Origin: a virus
DNA: 64,000 nt
Strand: one strand, 5' to 3'
Virus record (IMG/VR): IMGVR_UViG_3300021962_000074
Coordinates: 1 to 64,000 of that record
Shown here: one piece after another, positions 53,089-64,000 of the stretch
How positions within the stretch are numbered: position 1 is the first letter of the stretch
How the letters are laid out: the number at the start of each line of letters is the position of its first letter
Notes under the pieces: model-generated
The model's database searches: none
The model's input: the letters and a program-made list of their open reading frames with translations, nothing else
What the model was told of the DNA's origin: nothing
Program-made: the position numbers and the translations under genes

Positions 53089-53421
53089 ATGGCATACGCA
53101 GAACTTACGATTGATCAGGGGACTACGTTTCAAACCTCTATTGATCTCGCGAATGACGATGGAACCGCGATAAATGTCGCGAATTATACATTTCAGTCGC
53201 AGATAAGAAAGTCCTATTATTCCGCAAACGCGACCGCAAATCTAACCGTCACCGTAGTCGATGAGGCTAACGGTAACGTAACACTTTCTCTTACATCTGA
53301 TGAAACTGCTAATATTGCAGCTGGGCGTTATCTATATGACATAAAGATGACTTCATCTGGAGATGTGACTACTAGAATTGTGGAAGGCATTGTAACTGTC
53401 ACTCCACAGGTTAGCCGATGA
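53089..53421 (+). CDS. conserved virion structural/adaptor protein
   Basis: L.IDQG.TF...Q.RKSY...G...LSLT...T....GRY.YD...RIVEG.V.V.P.V. Confidence 0.8.
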   Translation: MAYAELTIDQGTTFQTSIDLANDDGTAINVANYTFQSQIRKSYYSANATANLTVTVVDEANGNVTLSLTSDETANIAAGRYLYDIKMTSSGDVTTRIVEGIVTVTPQVSR

Positions 53422-56400
53422 AAGTCACGGTTTCTAATACCAACGATATTGGTAGACTGAGTTTAAAATCTGGCGCACCAGGACCAACTGGACCACAAGG
53501 ACCAGGAGGAGTTCAAGGTGTACAAGGTGTGCAAGGAACTCAGGGTTCACAAGGAACTCAAGGTCCACAAGGATTAACTGGTGTCCAAGGCGTCCAAGGT
53601 CCACAAGGAAATACTGGCGTCCAAGGTGTTCAAGGTCCGCAAGGATTAACTGGTGTTCAAGGTGTTCAAGGTCCGCAAGGATTAACTGGTGTCCAAGGCG
53701 TCCAAGGTCCGCAAGGATTAACTGGTGTCCAAGGTGTACAAGGACCACAGGGTGTACAAGGTGAAGTTGGTCTACAAGGTCCACAGGGATTAACTGGTGT
53801 CCAAGGCGTCCAAGGTCCACAAGGTGTACAAGGCGAAGTTGGTTTACAAGGTCCACAAGGTGCAGTAGGACCACAAGGTGTTGACGGCGCTCAAGGTGTA
53901 CAAGGTGAAGTTGGTCTACAAGGTCCACAGGGATTAACTGGTGTACAAGGTGTACAAGGACCACAGGGTGTTGTGGGTGCACAAGGTGTACAAGGCTTCC
54001 AAGGTCCACAAGGATTGATTGGTGTTCAAGGTGTCCAAGGTCCACAAGGTGTCGTTGGAGCGCAAGGCGTTCAAGGTGTGCAGGGACCACAAGGTGTTGA
54101 CGGAGCACAAGGTGTACAAGGTGTGCAGGGACCACAAGGTGTCGTTGGCGCACAGGGTGTGCAGGGTGAGCAAGGACCACAAGGCGTACAAGGTGTTCAA
54201 GGTCCGCAGGGCGTTGACGGAGCACAAGGTGTCGTCGGTGCTCAAGGTGTGCAAGGTGTACAAGGACCACAAGGTGCACAAGGTGAAACTGGATCTTTCG
54301 GTGGTGCCACATTTGATTATGAATATCGAGTAGAAACAAGTGACCCCACCAATCTTGGTGATGGTATTATTCGCTTCAATGCTGATCCATTTAACACTGC
54401 AACTGAATTGTATATTAGTTATGTTGATGCTGATACTTTAAATGTATATAATTATCTACAAACCATTGATGACTCCACTTCTACAATTAAGGGTGTGTTC
54501 AAGGTTGCAAATACTGCAAATATAAATCAGTTTGCATTCTTCAGCATAAATGGATCACACTCTGAACACACTGATCACTTTAATGTTCCTGTCGCATGGA
54601 CTAGCGGTGAAACATCTTTAGCCAATACAACAAATGTAATCATTACATTTACTAGAACTGGTGACAAAGGTGACACTGGAGCACAAGGACCACAGGGTGT
54701 ACAAGGCGTTCAAGGTCCACAAGGTGTCGTTGGAGCGCAAGGCGTTCAAGGTGAGCAAGGTCCACAAGGTGTCCAAGGTGTGCAAGGTCCACAAGGTGTT
54801 GTCGGTGCACAAGGCGTACAGGGTGTGCAAGGTCCACAGGGTGCACAAGGAGTTCAAGGCGTCCAAGGTCCACAAGGTGTTGATGGAGCGCAAGGCGTAC
54901 AAGGCGAACAAGGTCCACAGGGTGCACAAGGCGTACAAGGCGTTCAAGGTCCACAAGGTGTCGTTGGCGCACAGGGTGTTCAAGGCGTACAAGGTCCACA
55001 AGGTGTTGATGGGGCACAGGGTGTTCAAGGCGTTCAAGGTCCACAAGGTGTCGTTGGCGCACAAGGTGTCCAAGGTGTTCAAGGTCCACAAGGTGTTGAC
55101 GGAGCACAAGGTGTCGTCGGTGCTCAAGGTGTGCAAGGTGTCCAAGGCGTTCAAGGTCCACAGGGTGTCCAAGGTGTACAAGGTGCACAGGGACCACAGG
55201 GTGTACAAGGTGAACAAGGTCCACAGGGTGTGCAAGGCGTACAGGGACCACAAGGCGTTGATGGAGCACAAGGTGTCGTCGGTGCACAAGGTGTGCAAGG
55301 TGTACAGGGTGTTCAAGGACCGCAGGGTGTTGATGGAGCACAGGGTGTCCAAGGCGTCCAAGGTCCACAAGGTGTCGTTGGAGCGCAAGGCGTTCAAGGT
55401 GAACAAGGTCCACAAGGTGTCATTGGCGCACAAGGTGTTCAAGGTGAACAAGGTCCACAAGGCGTTGTGGGTGCACAAGGTGTTCAAGGTGTCCAAGGTC
55501 CACAAGGTGTTGAAGGAGCACAAGGCGTTCAAGGTGTGCAGGGACCACAAGGTGTGCAAGGCGAACAGGGACCACAAGGTGTACAAGGTGTTCAAGGTCC
55601 ACAAGGTGTCGTCGGTGCGCAAGGTGTCCAAGGCGAGCAAGGTCCACAAGGTGTCCAAGGTGTACAAGGTCCGCAAGGTGTCGTCGGTGCGCAAGGTATC
55701 CAAGGCGAGCAAGGTCCACAAGGTGTCCAAGGTGTACAAGGACCGCAAGGTGTCGTTGGCGCACAAGGTGTGCAGGGAGTTCAAGGACCGCAGGGAGTTG
55801 TAGGTGCACAGGGTGTTCAAGGTGAGCAAGGTCCACAAGGCGTCCAAGGTGTGCAAGGACCACAAGGTGTTCAAGGTGAGCAAGGTCCACAAGGTGCACA
55901 AGGCGTTCAAGGTGTACAGGGACCACAAGGTGTTGATGGAGCACAAGGCGTACAAGGTGTTCAAGGTCCACAAGGTGTCGTAGGCGCGCAAGGCGTTCAA
56001 GGTGAACAAGGTCCGCAAGGAGTTCAAGGTGTCGTTGGCGCACAAGGTGTTCAAGGTGAACAAGGTCCGCAAGGAGTTCAAGGTGTTCAAGGTCCGCAGG
56101 GTGTTCAGGGTGTACAAGGAACTCCAGGAGATCTATACGCTACAACCAGTAGCACCTCTGACACTATTGCAACTGGCAGCACAACCATAACAGTTGAAAC
56201 TGGTCTTGCCTACTCCGCAGGTCAGAGTGTAATTATTGCCTATGATAGCAGCAATAAAATGGAAGGTACTGTAACTTCCTATAATTCTGGTACTGGTGAC
56301 TTAGTTGTTGATGTGACAACAATTACAGGCTCTGGAACATATTCTGTTTGGGATGTCAACCTTGCTGGTGCTCCTGGTCCACAAGGACCACAAGGCGTCC

Positions 56401-57920
56401 AAGGTGTGCAAGGTCCGCAAGGCGTTCAAGGTGTACAGGGACCACAAGGTGTTGATGGAGCACAGGGTGTTCAAGGCGTTCAAGGTCCACAAGGTGTCAT
56501 TGGTGCTCAAGGTGTTCAAGGTGAGCAAGGTCCACAAGGCGTACAAGGTGTCGTTGGCGCACAAGGTGTTGATGGAGCACAAGGCGTCCAAGGTATCCAA
56601 GGTCCACAAGGTGTAATCGGCGCACAAGGTGTCCAAGGCGTTCAAGGTCCACAGGGAGTTGTGGGTGCGCAAGGTGTTCAAGGTGAACAAGGACCGCAAG
56701 GTGTCGTTGGTGCGCAAGGTGTTCAAGGCGAACAGGGACCACAAGGCGTTCAAGGCGTACAGGGACCACAAGGTGTTATTGGCGCACAGGGTGTTCAAGG
56801 CGAACAGGGACCACAAGGTGTCATTGGTGCTCAAGGCGTCCAAGGCGTTCAAGGTCCACAGGGTGTCATTGGTGCTCAAGGTGTTCAAGGTGAGCAAGGT
56901 CCACAAGGCGTACAGGGAGTTCAGGGACCACAAGGCGTTGATGGAGCACAAGGCGTCCAAGGTGTGCAAGGTCCACAAGGTGTTCAAGGCGTTCAAGGAC
57001 CACAAGGCGTGCAGGGTGTGCAAGGTCCACAAGGTGTTCAAGGCGTTCAAGGACCACAAGGCGTGCAGGGTGTTGCAGGTAATGATAACTTCCCAGTATC
57101 GTCGAATACTGGATCAACTGTAACATCTAGTGGAATCAATTTTACTAACACATCTAGCATTACCGTTCTAGTTGAAGCAGGTATTGATGGTAATGCTAAT
57201 GTATCTTTCTCTAGTGGTATTGATGATGGTAATGCTGACATTACTGTACTTGACTCTGCTCCAGGAGGAACACCAAGAGCCAATCAAGATTTCTGGTGGG
57301 ATTCAGATTCTGGTAGATTGAAGATCTACTATAATGACGGCGATACTGCTCAATGGGTTGATGCGTTTATCAACTCAGCTGGTCCTCAAGGTCCGCAGGG
57401 ATTGAATGGTGCATTTACCGTTTCTTCTACTGCTCCTGTATCTCCTGGCGACGGCACAGTTTGGTGGGATTCTGATACAGGTAAGTCATACATCTACTAT
57501 AATGATGGATCATCAAGTCAGTGGGTGTTGGTTGCAGATCCTGAAGTCAAGGGCGATCCTGGTGTAAACTTCTGGGTCATTGATATTGGTGATGAGACAA
57601 CTTCATTGACAACTGGAACCGCAAAGAAAACTTTCCGCGCTCCATTTGCGTTGACTCTAACTGATATTCCAAGAGCAAGTCTAACCACCGCATCAACCTC
57701 TGGTGCTGTTACCGTTGACATCAATGTGACTGGAACTTCAGTGCTTGGTGCAAATAAACTAAGCGTAGATCAAGATGAGAAAACTTCTACTACAGCTGCT
57801 ACACCAACTACAATCGCAACCAGCTCTGTAGCTGACGATGCTGAGATTACAATTGACATTGATGGTGCTGGTACTGGCGCAGCTGGATTGAAGGTTACAC
57901 TATATTTCAATAAGGTATAG
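53418..57920 (+). CDS. very long collagen-like fibre protein (Gly-X-Gln)
   Basis: Three triple-helix tracts, about 330 triplets, separated by globular domains. Confidence 0.9.
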   Translation: MKVTVSNTNDIGRLSLKSGAPGPTGPQGPGGVQGVQGVQGTQGSQGTQGPQGLTGVQGVQGPQGNTGVQGVQGPQGLTGVQGVQGPQGLTGVQGVQGPQGLTGVQGVQGPQGVQGEVGLQGPQGLTGVQGVQGPQGVQGEVGLQGPQGAVGPQGVDGAQGVQGEVGLQGPQGLTGVQGVQGPQGVVGAQGVQGFQGPQGLIGVQGVQGPQGVVGAQGVQGVQGPQGVDGAQGVQGVQGPQGVVGAQGVQGEQGPQGVQGVQGPQGVDGAQGVVGAQGVQGVQGPQGAQGETGSFGGATFDYEYRVETSDPTNLGDGIIRFNADPFNTATELYISYVDADTLNVYNYLQTIDDSTSTIKGVFKVANTANINQFAFFSINGSHSEHTDHFNVPVAWTSGETSLANTTNVIITFTRTGDKGDTGAQGPQGVQGVQGPQGVVGAQGVQGEQGPQGVQGVQGPQGVVGAQGVQGVQGPQGAQGVQGVQGPQGVDGAQGVQGEQGPQGAQGVQGVQGPQGVVGAQGVQGVQGPQGVDGAQGVQGVQGPQGVVGAQGVQGVQGPQGVDGAQGVVGAQGVQGVQGVQGPQGVQGVQGAQGPQGVQGEQGPQGVQGVQGPQGVDGAQGVVGAQGVQGVQGVQGPQGVDGAQGVQGVQGPQGVVGAQGVQGEQGPQGVIGAQGVQGEQGPQGVVGAQGVQGVQGPQGVEGAQGVQGVQGPQGVQGEQGPQGVQGVQGPQGVVGAQGVQGEQGPQGVQGVQGPQGVVGAQGIQGEQGPQGVQGVQGPQGVVGAQGVQGVQGPQGVVGAQGVQGEQGPQGVQGVQGPQGVQGEQGPQGAQGVQGVQGPQGVDGAQGVQGVQGPQGVVGAQGVQGEQGPQGVQGVVGAQGVQGEQGPQGVQGVQGPQGVQGVQGTPGDLYATTSSTSDTIATGSTTITVETGLAYSAGQSVIIAYDSSNKMEGTVTSYNSGTGDLVVDVTTITGSGTYSVWDVNLAGAPGPQGPQGVQGVQGPQGVQGVQGPQGVDGAQGVQGVQGPQGVIGAQGVQGEQGPQGVQGVVGAQGVDGAQGVQGIQGPQGVIGAQGVQGVQGPQGVVGAQGVQGEQGPQGVVGAQGVQGEQGPQGVQGVQGPQGVIGAQGVQGEQGPQGVIGAQGVQGVQGPQGVIGAQGVQGEQGPQGVQGVQGPQGVDGAQGVQGVQGPQGVQGVQGPQGVQGVQGPQGVQGVQGPQGVQGVAGNDNFPVSSNTGSTVTSSGINFTNTSSITVLVEAGIDGNANVSFSSGIDDGNADITVLDSAPGGTPRANQDFWWDSDSGRLKIYYNDGDTAQWVDAFINSAGPQGPQGLNGAFTVSSTAPVSPGDGTVWWDSDTGKSYIYYNDGSSSQWVLVADPEVKGDPGVNFWVIDIGDETTSLTTGTAKKTFRAPFALTLTDIPRASLTTASTSGAVTVDINVTGTSVLGANKLSVDQDEKTSTTAATPTTIATSSVADDAEITIDIDGAGTGAAGLKVTLYFNKV
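53472..57080 (+). repeat. 9-nt-period coding repeats (GGT-NNN-CAA) in three tracts
   Basis: About 53472-54293, 54660-56130, 56367-57080. Confidence 0.9.
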
Positions 57921-57922
57921 AA

Positions 57923-58876
57923 ATGGCACTAAATTTTCCATCCTCACCAAATAATGGCGATCAGTATACTGATTCAAATGGTCGTATCTGGAGATACGAT
58001 GGCACTGCATGGGAACCAAGCAGAGGATCAGGCACACGTTTGTTCAAGGGTGTTAAAGTCAAACTCACATCAAGCGAAGCGTTGACATCAACTAGCGCAG
58101 CAGTCACGTGGGATAGTGAAGTTTATGACATTGGTAACTTCTTTGATGCGGGAAGCAACAAAAGATTGACTGCATCAGAAACTGGTTACTATAGAATCAA
58201 TGCCATTGCTGTAACAGGAACTGGTGGATCTGGTAACAGTTACACACTTGCATTCAAGAAGAATGGCTCAACTACGATTTCCTCTGTTTCTGCAGGACCA
58301 AATCAAAGCATTGTGTTTGATGAGATTGTATATCTAGTCAAGGGCGATTACATTGAGTTATATGGATCAGAAACAACAGCTGCAGGTACATTGACATCTA
58401 ACACAGTGATTGAGTTTATACTCATTGGAACAGCAGCTGGATCAACCACATATAACAATGCTACAGCGTTCAGTGGCGTCAAGGTGCGACTAACTTCTTC
58501 AGAAGCAGCAACTGCTACTCCCACAGCAATTACATGGGACGAAGCAGTGTTCAATGTAAACGCAGATTCTACAGGCAATGTATATTGGAGCGTAAGCAAT
58601 ACTGCTAATGTCAGCTTCTACACTACAGGTTACTATCGCGTCAAAGCCTATATTGAAACTGGCACTGGCGGATCTTCTGGTTCATATACAATCAATCTGC
58701 GCAAAGGCACAACAACAATAGAAACAGCAACACTAAGTCCAAATGATCGTTTAGAATACGATGAGGTTTTGGCTATAAATAGTGGTGACTATTTGCAAAT
58801 TCAAATTGCTGAATCTACAGCTGCTGGAACAGCATTGGCTGATTCGTACTTTCTAATTACAAGACAGGGTATATAA
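57923..58876 (+). CDS. virion protein with tandem C1q/TNF-like domains
   Basis: MALNFPSSP N-terminus; two F.GVKV.LTSSEA...WD...TGYYR...GDY repeats. Confidence 0.7.
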   Translation: MALNFPSSPNNGDQYTDSNGRIWRYDGTAWEPSRGSGTRLFKGVKVKLTSSEALTSTSAAVTWDSEVYDIGNFFDAGSNKRLTASETGYYRINAIAVTGTGGSGNSYTLAFKKNGSTTISSVSAGPNQSIVFDEIVYLVKGDYIELYGSETTAAGTLTSNTVIEFILIGTAAGSTTYNNATAFSGVKVRLTSSEAATATPTAITWDEAVFNVNADSTGNVYWSVSNTANVSFYTTGYYRVKAYIETGTGGSSGSYTINLRKGTTTIETATLSPNDRLEYDEVLAINSGDYLQIQIAESTAAGTALADSYFLITRQGI

Positions 58877-58878
58877 TC

Positions 58879-59247
58879 ATGGCATTCGTAAAATCTACAT
58901 CAACAACTACTGCCGAAGCAGTGACTGTATCTGGATTATCTGGTGGAACTAACGGCAAATGTGTTCGTATTACAACCAACAACACTGCTGTAGATTGCAC
59001 TTATAACGATACAGTGGCGCAACTAAATTCAGTGTTGTTTAAAAACAATAATACTTATTATGGTTATGGTGTGATTGGTGGTTTGACTGGACTTTCTGCT
59101 GGTTCTATTTACTTTTTAGGATCTGATGGAACTCCAACTACTACCGCACCAACAATTTCTGCAAGCATTCGTGCTTTGAGTATTGGATTTGCAATCAATG
59201 GAACTACTTTGTTCTTCCGTCCTGGAATCGTAATCTCAGGATCATAA
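58879..59247 (+). CDS. small virion protein
   Basis: GLSAGSIYFL..DG..TTTAP...IGFA. Confidence 0.65.
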   Translation: MAFVKSTSTTTAEAVTVSGLSGGTNGKCVRITTNNTAVDCTYNDTVAQLNSVLFKNNNTYYGYGVIGGLTGLSAGSIYFLGSDGTPTTTAPTISASIRALSIGFAINGTTLFFRPGIVISGS

Positions 59248-59250
59248 TAT

Positions 59251-62200
59251 ATGGCTGCAATAAATACAGAGACAATTGTTTATGCTGCGAATACAACTGG
59301 CACTAAGATAAATCATCCAGCCATTCCAGGCATGAGTTCTGGATATTGGTTTACAGCTGACTTTGGTTCCACTACAACAAAAGACGATACAATTATACCA
59401 TATCGTTACGGAACTGAGTTGCCAACTCAATCTGGTTATCTATCATTAGTTGGAACCTTTTCTAATATATCAGAATCTTGGTTGGGAACCACAAGATATT
59501 ATCACGGCAGCACAATTTCGCACATTGGTCCTGGAGTCAACGATGTAACCGATGAAGAAGAAACCGATGCGATCATGTTTGCGCATATTGGATCTCTGGC
59601 TCTCAGCCCAGATGATACTGCGATGTATTGGGATCGTTTTTACCAAATACAAGATGGTGGTGATTATTTCTATTACAACTATCACTTACACGCACCAAAT
59701 ATCTATGAAGACGATTATGAAAACGGACGCATAGTATTCTCTGACGGTAATTATATCAATCCTGACGACAAGCACTATGGCTATATGATCTTTGCGGAAG
59801 CGGATCAGGGTCAGAATAAGTGGCAGTCGATTCTTGCTCGTATTCACCAACCATCTGTTGGTGGTGCTCACCAGTCTCACTTAGACGTTGAACTTCCTTC
59901 GGTATCAAATAAGAATTATATTCCTGGTGGTATTTTATACGGATCTAGCAGTCGCTATCACGCATTTTATTTGACTGCTGATGGATCTAATTGGAAGGTT
60001 TATTCTAGAACCTTTGTTCTTTCTAGCCGTGCATTTACAGCAGAAGTTGATCTTGGATCATATGATTTTGCTGATCCCGTATTTGTTTCTGAAACGAATG
60101 TTGGTGAATATCCATTGCGTGCAAGCTGCGGTTTGCTAAGTAGCGAAAAGATTTATTTTCCTGTAATTTATAATGGAGCGGCATCTACATATGATCTAAA
60201 GATCTGGAGATTAGACTCAGCTGATTCACTATCAGACGCAACACTTAATGTCAGTACAATTTTAACTGGATCTAATATCAAACCAGACTGTCATATGATT
60301 GAAGTTGATAGCACAATCTACGCTGTCGTTGGTCAAAATACTGGTGCTAATCTGTACAGCTGCAATATAGAAACCATGACTTGGACTAACGAAGGTCAAA
60401 TCGTTTCAAATGGATCAAAGGCACTTCGCGTACATGGCGTTTCTTATCAGTCATCTACTCGTAAGTTTTTCGTTCATCTAAGCGGCGACGAAGACGTTAC
60501 TGGCACATATTCTGGTCAGGGTGTATATAGTTTCCAAGTAGTGTATACTCGCGTTGATTATGAACATTTTGACTTTGATGTGACAAATAATGGATTTATT
60601 TTGCGCGCAGAAAATACTGCTGGTTATGTAAAATATAATCCGACAAATTATACATGGTATCGTATCAACGCAATTGAGCCAGACCCAATCCCTACAGGAA
60701 ACAACGTATTTAAATACGATTATGTATCACCACAATTCGTAGAAAGAAATTCTTCAGCAGGAGTTGGTGGTGAGCAGTATTATTATGATGTTACTGTGAT
60801 ACCTGATGGGCGTATGTTATTTTGTGGTTTGACTGGAGACAATGAAGGAAATAAAGGTGGAGATGATTTCTTAGTCGCATTATATGAACCTACAGAAGAC
60901 GTTGAGCAACCAAAAGCAACATATTGGGCTCATGGAGGAACTGGTCCTGACTATTTTACTGCAGTAACTCAAAAAGAAGGTGCTAATTATGTGTATCTAA
61001 CTGGATACTCTAAGAGTCAGTTAGTAGATTTAAATGAATTGAGATACCATCCATATGGTCGTAGATTAACAATAGACAATGCGAACACAGAATTTAAAGA
61101 CTTAGCAATCACTTCTGCAAACACAATCGTCACTGTTGGAACAAAACGCAATACAGAAAACGTGATTGTGACTAAGTACACATCAAACATTGGCGTTGAG
61201 TGGTCAAAACTAATCACAGGAACAAACGCACAAATTGGTGAAGCAATTGCTGTAGATAGTTCAGATTACATCTATGTTGGTGGTAATACCACTACAGGCA
61301 CAACATCCTCTGGCGGATTCTTAGCCAAGTTGGATAGTGATGGTAATATGATCTGGATCAAGACTCTAGATACAAGTGCTGCTGAGTATATCACTAGCAT
61401 GGCAATGTATAGCGATAATCTATACATCGCTCTGGCGAATACTACTACAAATACACATGTGATGAAACTTGCTACTGATGGAACAACCATACACTGGCAA
61501 AAGACCATTCCTGATTTTTCTGCGCGTAGAATCAAGTTAGACTCTAGTGGTAATATCTACCTTGCTGGAGATGACGGTACAGAAAGCACTGTATTTAAAT
61601 TAAACAATAGTGGCTCGCTAACATGGGCTAGAAAAACAGGCGCTGGATCTTTCTATGATGTGGGTATTGATGGTGGATCTAACGTAATCGCTGTCGGTGC
61701 AAATACTGGCAACGCTATCATTACTCAGTTTGATTCAACAGGTGCTGCAAACTGGTCAGTCTACGCTAACGTAGATTCACAGTTGACTGGCGTAGCAATT
61801 GATGGTGATGATAATATCTACGCGATTGGATATGAAAATCAAATTGATCGTCGAGATTATCACCCAGTGATTCATGCGATGTCAGAAACTAAGAATCGCG
61901 GTATCTTCTTAAAATATAATTCATCTGGTACTTTACAGAAACAAAACTATATGTGGCGCACAGACCCAGATGGTAACTTATTTGACACCAACTGGCGTTC
62001 TTGTATCATGGATCATCTTGACGATCACATTTGGATTGCTGGTGATGATTTGTTGAACACAGAAGAAAAAGGCGCAAATCTATTCCGTTTACCAAGACTT
62101 GGTTTTGGTTATGGTAAGTTACACAAAGATGATAACTTTGCTGATTATTTTGAATATGGAGTGTATCCAGCTGATGATCCAGATGTAGATTTATTTTCAT

Positions 62201-63378
62201 ATTCACCTTCTGTGACTGGCGTTGTACCGACACTAACCAATGCGTCTGTTAGTATCGGTTCTGGTTCACATACAATCGCCGAAGCCACAATTAAATTCGA
62301 AGAAGTGTTTGATGGTTCTAGCGGTCTATGGAATTTCTTTATTGCTAAATTTGATTTAGATATTGCTAATGAACACCTCAATATGCCGTCACATATGATT
62401 CATATGACAGGCAATGAAAAGGCACCAATGTATGATACTGGTGCGTTCTCTAAATTCTGGCAAATTGGCACTATTGGAGATGCGATTGCTGACGATGGTA
62501 ATTTCTTTGGTTATGATATTCTACAATATTCAGCCAATGTATTTTGGGCAGTGGGTCAGGTATCTGGAGCGATTGGTCGAGTGAATGCGCCAATCTCAGG
62601 TGCGTATGATGAAATCTTTGTACGCTTTGATGAGTCGGCTGTTCCTGGTCGTGAATTTGAGATCTATCAGTATGGACAAGATACTGACGAAGAATTATAT
62701 GCAATAACTAAACTTGCGGATGGTAATCTCGCAGTAACAGGAAGAACCACAGGAACATTGGGTGGTCTCAACGAAGGTGCATATGATGTAATTCTATCTA
62801 TCTTCGACACCACAGCCAACACGGTGCGTCACTATCAGGCTGGTGGCTCTGGTAATGATCGTGGAGTCAATCTACATGACATTGGTGGTAATCAGATTGC
62901 CATTGCATATCAGACTACAGACAACGTAGTCAACGTGGGTGCAAGTACAACCACCACTCAGGGTGGTGATGATATTGGTATCATGGTGTTCAATTATAAC
63001 ACGAATACTTGGAATGTTGCATATCAAACAGGATCTGCTGCTTCTGAGATTTTAGATACCAATGGTCGTGTTTCTGCTTTATTGCCAGGAAATGTGATTG
63101 CAGTTGTAGGACATACTACTGGTATCTTTGCTGATGATGCTTTATCTAGCGCAGGTGGATCTGATATTTTTCTTGCACTGTTCAATCTAACCACTGGACA
63201 AATACAAAAATATCAGGTTGGCAGCGCAGCTGGTGATATTGGAACCTGTGTTGTTATAGACGGAGGCATGTTATTGGTAGGTGGATATACAGATGCATCT
63301 TGGACAGAACCTGAAGATGGTATTTTTGTACATTTTGATGCAACAAAAGGATTGAAAGGCGTGACAACCATTGACTAA
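59251..63378 (+). CDS. large beta-propeller repeat protein (putative adhesin)
   Basis: IAVDSSDYIYVGG.T, KLDSDG...W, AIDGDDNIY..G, GG.D repeats. Confidence 0.8.
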   Translation: MAAINTETIVYAANTTGTKINHPAIPGMSSGYWFTADFGSTTTKDDTIIPYRYGTELPTQSGYLSLVGTFSNISESWLGTTRYYHGSTISHIGPGVNDVTDEEETDAIMFAHIGSLALSPDDTAMYWDRFYQIQDGGDYFYYNYHLHAPNIYEDDYENGRIVFSDGNYINPDDKHYGYMIFAEADQGQNKWQSILARIHQPSVGGAHQSHLDVELPSVSNKNYIPGGILYGSSSRYHAFYLTADGSNWKVYSRTFVLSSRAFTAEVDLGSYDFADPVFVSETNVGEYPLRASCGLLSSEKIYFPVIYNGAASTYDLKIWRLDSADSLSDATLNVSTILTGSNIKPDCHMIEVDSTIYAVVGQNTGANLYSCNIETMTWTNEGQIVSNGSKALRVHGVSYQSSTRKFFVHLSGDEDVTGTYSGQGVYSFQVVYTRVDYEHFDFDVTNNGFILRAENTAGYVKYNPTNYTWYRINAIEPDPIPTGNNVFKYDYVSPQFVERNSSAGVGGEQYYYDVTVIPDGRMLFCGLTGDNEGNKGGDDFLVALYEPTEDVEQPKATYWAHGGTGPDYFTAVTQKEGANYVYLTGYSKSQLVDLNELRYHPYGRRLTIDNANTEFKDLAITSANTIVTVGTKRNTENVIVTKYTSNIGVEWSKLITGTNAQIGEAIAVDSSDYIYVGGNTTTGTTSSGGFLAKLDSDGNMIWIKTLDTSAAEYITSMAMYSDNLYIALANTTTNTHVMKLATDGTTIHWQKTIPDFSARRIKLDSSGNIYLAGDDGTESTVFKLNNSGSLTWARKTGAGSFYDVGIDGGSNVIAVGANTGNAIITQFDSTGAANWSVYANVDSQLTGVAIDGDDNIYAIGYENQIDRRDYHPVIHAMSETKNRGIFLKYNSSGTLQKQNYMWRTDPDGNLFDTNWRSCIMDHLDDHIWIAGDDLLNTEEKGANLFRLPRLGFGYGKLHKDDNFADYFEYGVYPADDPDVDLFSYSPSVTGVVPTLTNASVSIGSGSHTIAEATIKFEEVFDGSSGLWNFFIAKFDLDIANEHLNMPSHMIHMTGNEKAPMYDTGAFSKFWQIGTIGDAIADDGNFFGYDILQYSANVFWAVGQVSGAIGRVNAPISGAYDEIFVRFDESAVPGREFEIYQYGQDTDEELYAITKLADGNLAVTGRTTGTLGGLNEGAYDVILSIFDTTANTVRHYQAGGSGNDRGVNLHDIGGNQIAIAYQTTDNVVNVGASTTTTQGGDDIGIMVFNYNTNTWNVAYQTGSAASEILDTNGRVSALLPGNVIAVVGHTTGIFADDALSSAGGSDIFLALFNLTTGQIQKYQVGSAAGDIGTCVVIDGGMLLVGGYTDASWTEPEDGIFVHFDATKGLKGVTTID

Positions 63379-63384
63379 TAAATA
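63377..63384 (+). promoter_or_regulatory. late promoter (AATAAATA)
   Basis: Intergenic TAAATA. Confidence 0.55.
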
Positions 63385-63412
63385 GACAGTTGATCTACTA
63401 AAGAGATAAGAA

Positions 63413-64000
63413 ATGGCATTTAATTTCCCAAGCAGCCCATCTAACGGACAAGGTTATCAGTCAGGAAGTCTAAGTTGGACTTTCGACGGTGAATCTTGGG
63501 TAGCAGATGCTGTAACAATAGCAGGTGTACAAGGTGAAGTTGGTGCACAAGGTGCAGCAGGTTCTCAAGGTGTGCAAGGTGCACAGGGTGTACAAGGATC
63601 AAAAGGTGACACTGGTGACCAAGGTGCTGCTGGTGTTCCAGGACCACAAGGTGTACAAGGCGCTCAAGGTGTACAAGGTGTGCAAGGGCAAGTTGGCGCA
63701 CAAGGTGTCGTCGGTGCACAGGGTGTCCAGGGCGTTCAAGGTCCACAAGGAGTTCAAGGCGTTCAAGGTCGACAAGGTGTGGTAGGCGCACAAGGTGTGC
63801 AAGGAGTCCAAGGTCGACAAGGTGTGGTAGGCGCACAAGGTGTGCAAGGAGTCCAAGGTCGACAAGGCGTCATTGGAGCACAAGGTGTCCAAGGTGTCCA
63901 AGGACCGCAGGGTGTTCAAGGCGTTCAGGGTCCACAAGGTGTGGTCGGTGCGCAAGGCGTGCAAGGTGTTCAAGGTGTACAAGGTCCACAGGGAGTTGTG
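63413..64000 (+). CDS. collagen-like fibre protein, 3'-truncated
   Basis: [29 protein letters not shown] then G-X-Q repeats to window end. Confidence 0.85.
   Translation, partial: MAFNFPSSPSNGQGYQSGSLSWTFDGESWVADAVTIAGVQGEVGAQGAAGSQGVQGAQGVQGSKGDTGDQGAAGVPGPQGVQGAQGVQGVQGQVGAQGVVGAQGVQGVQGPQGVQGVQGRQGVVGAQGVQGVQGRQGVVGAQGVQGVQGRQGVIGAQGVQGVQGPQGVQGVQGPQGVVGAQGVQGVQGVQGPQGVV

Noticed and set aside
53434-57126. Long alternative-frame and antisense ORFs; CRISPR-like repeats
   Set aside because: By-products of 9-nt-period collagen codons; no unique spacers
52490-63378. Diversity-generating retroelement targets
   Set aside because: No reverse transcriptase and no template/variable repeat pair seen in the window

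Overview
Fragment of a large T4-like myovirus genome with cyanophage-type gene order. The host is probably a proteobacterium (inferred from the tmRNA tag ending YALAA, IHF-consensus sites and a BTLCP gene). Layout: (1) 1-5600, an RNA region with 33 CCA-encoding tRNA genes covering all 20 amino acids, interleaved with about ten structured non-tRNA RNA modules, including a canonical hammerhead ribozyme and a 140-nt tRNA-like RNA with a second T-arm in place of an anticodon loop. (2) 5600-11300, accessory and late genes (methyltransferases, 2OG-Fe(II) oxygenase, paired FN3 proteins, HNH). (3) 11300-14300, an early region with IHF-like sites and terminator/promoter modules. (4) 14300-22150, DenV-like, HAD, PhoH, exonuclease, SNase, a circularly permuted two-piece tmRNA, SleB, GuaC, gp33, gp59, gp32. 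(5) 22170-64000, tail, baseplate and fibre genes: tape-measure-like protein with a lambda-type lysozyme, gp26/gp51 apparently joined by a -1 frameshift, gp48, gp4, gp2, gp54, gp53, gp27, gp5, gp25, gp6, gp7, gp8, a split VrlC/DUF4815 protein ending in a Hint domain, and very long Gly-X-Gln collagen fibres. The best candidate for an undescribed system is the tRNA-embedded array of structured ncRNAs with its own self-cleaving ribozyme. All calls are from reading motifs by eye; no database searches or folding programs were run.
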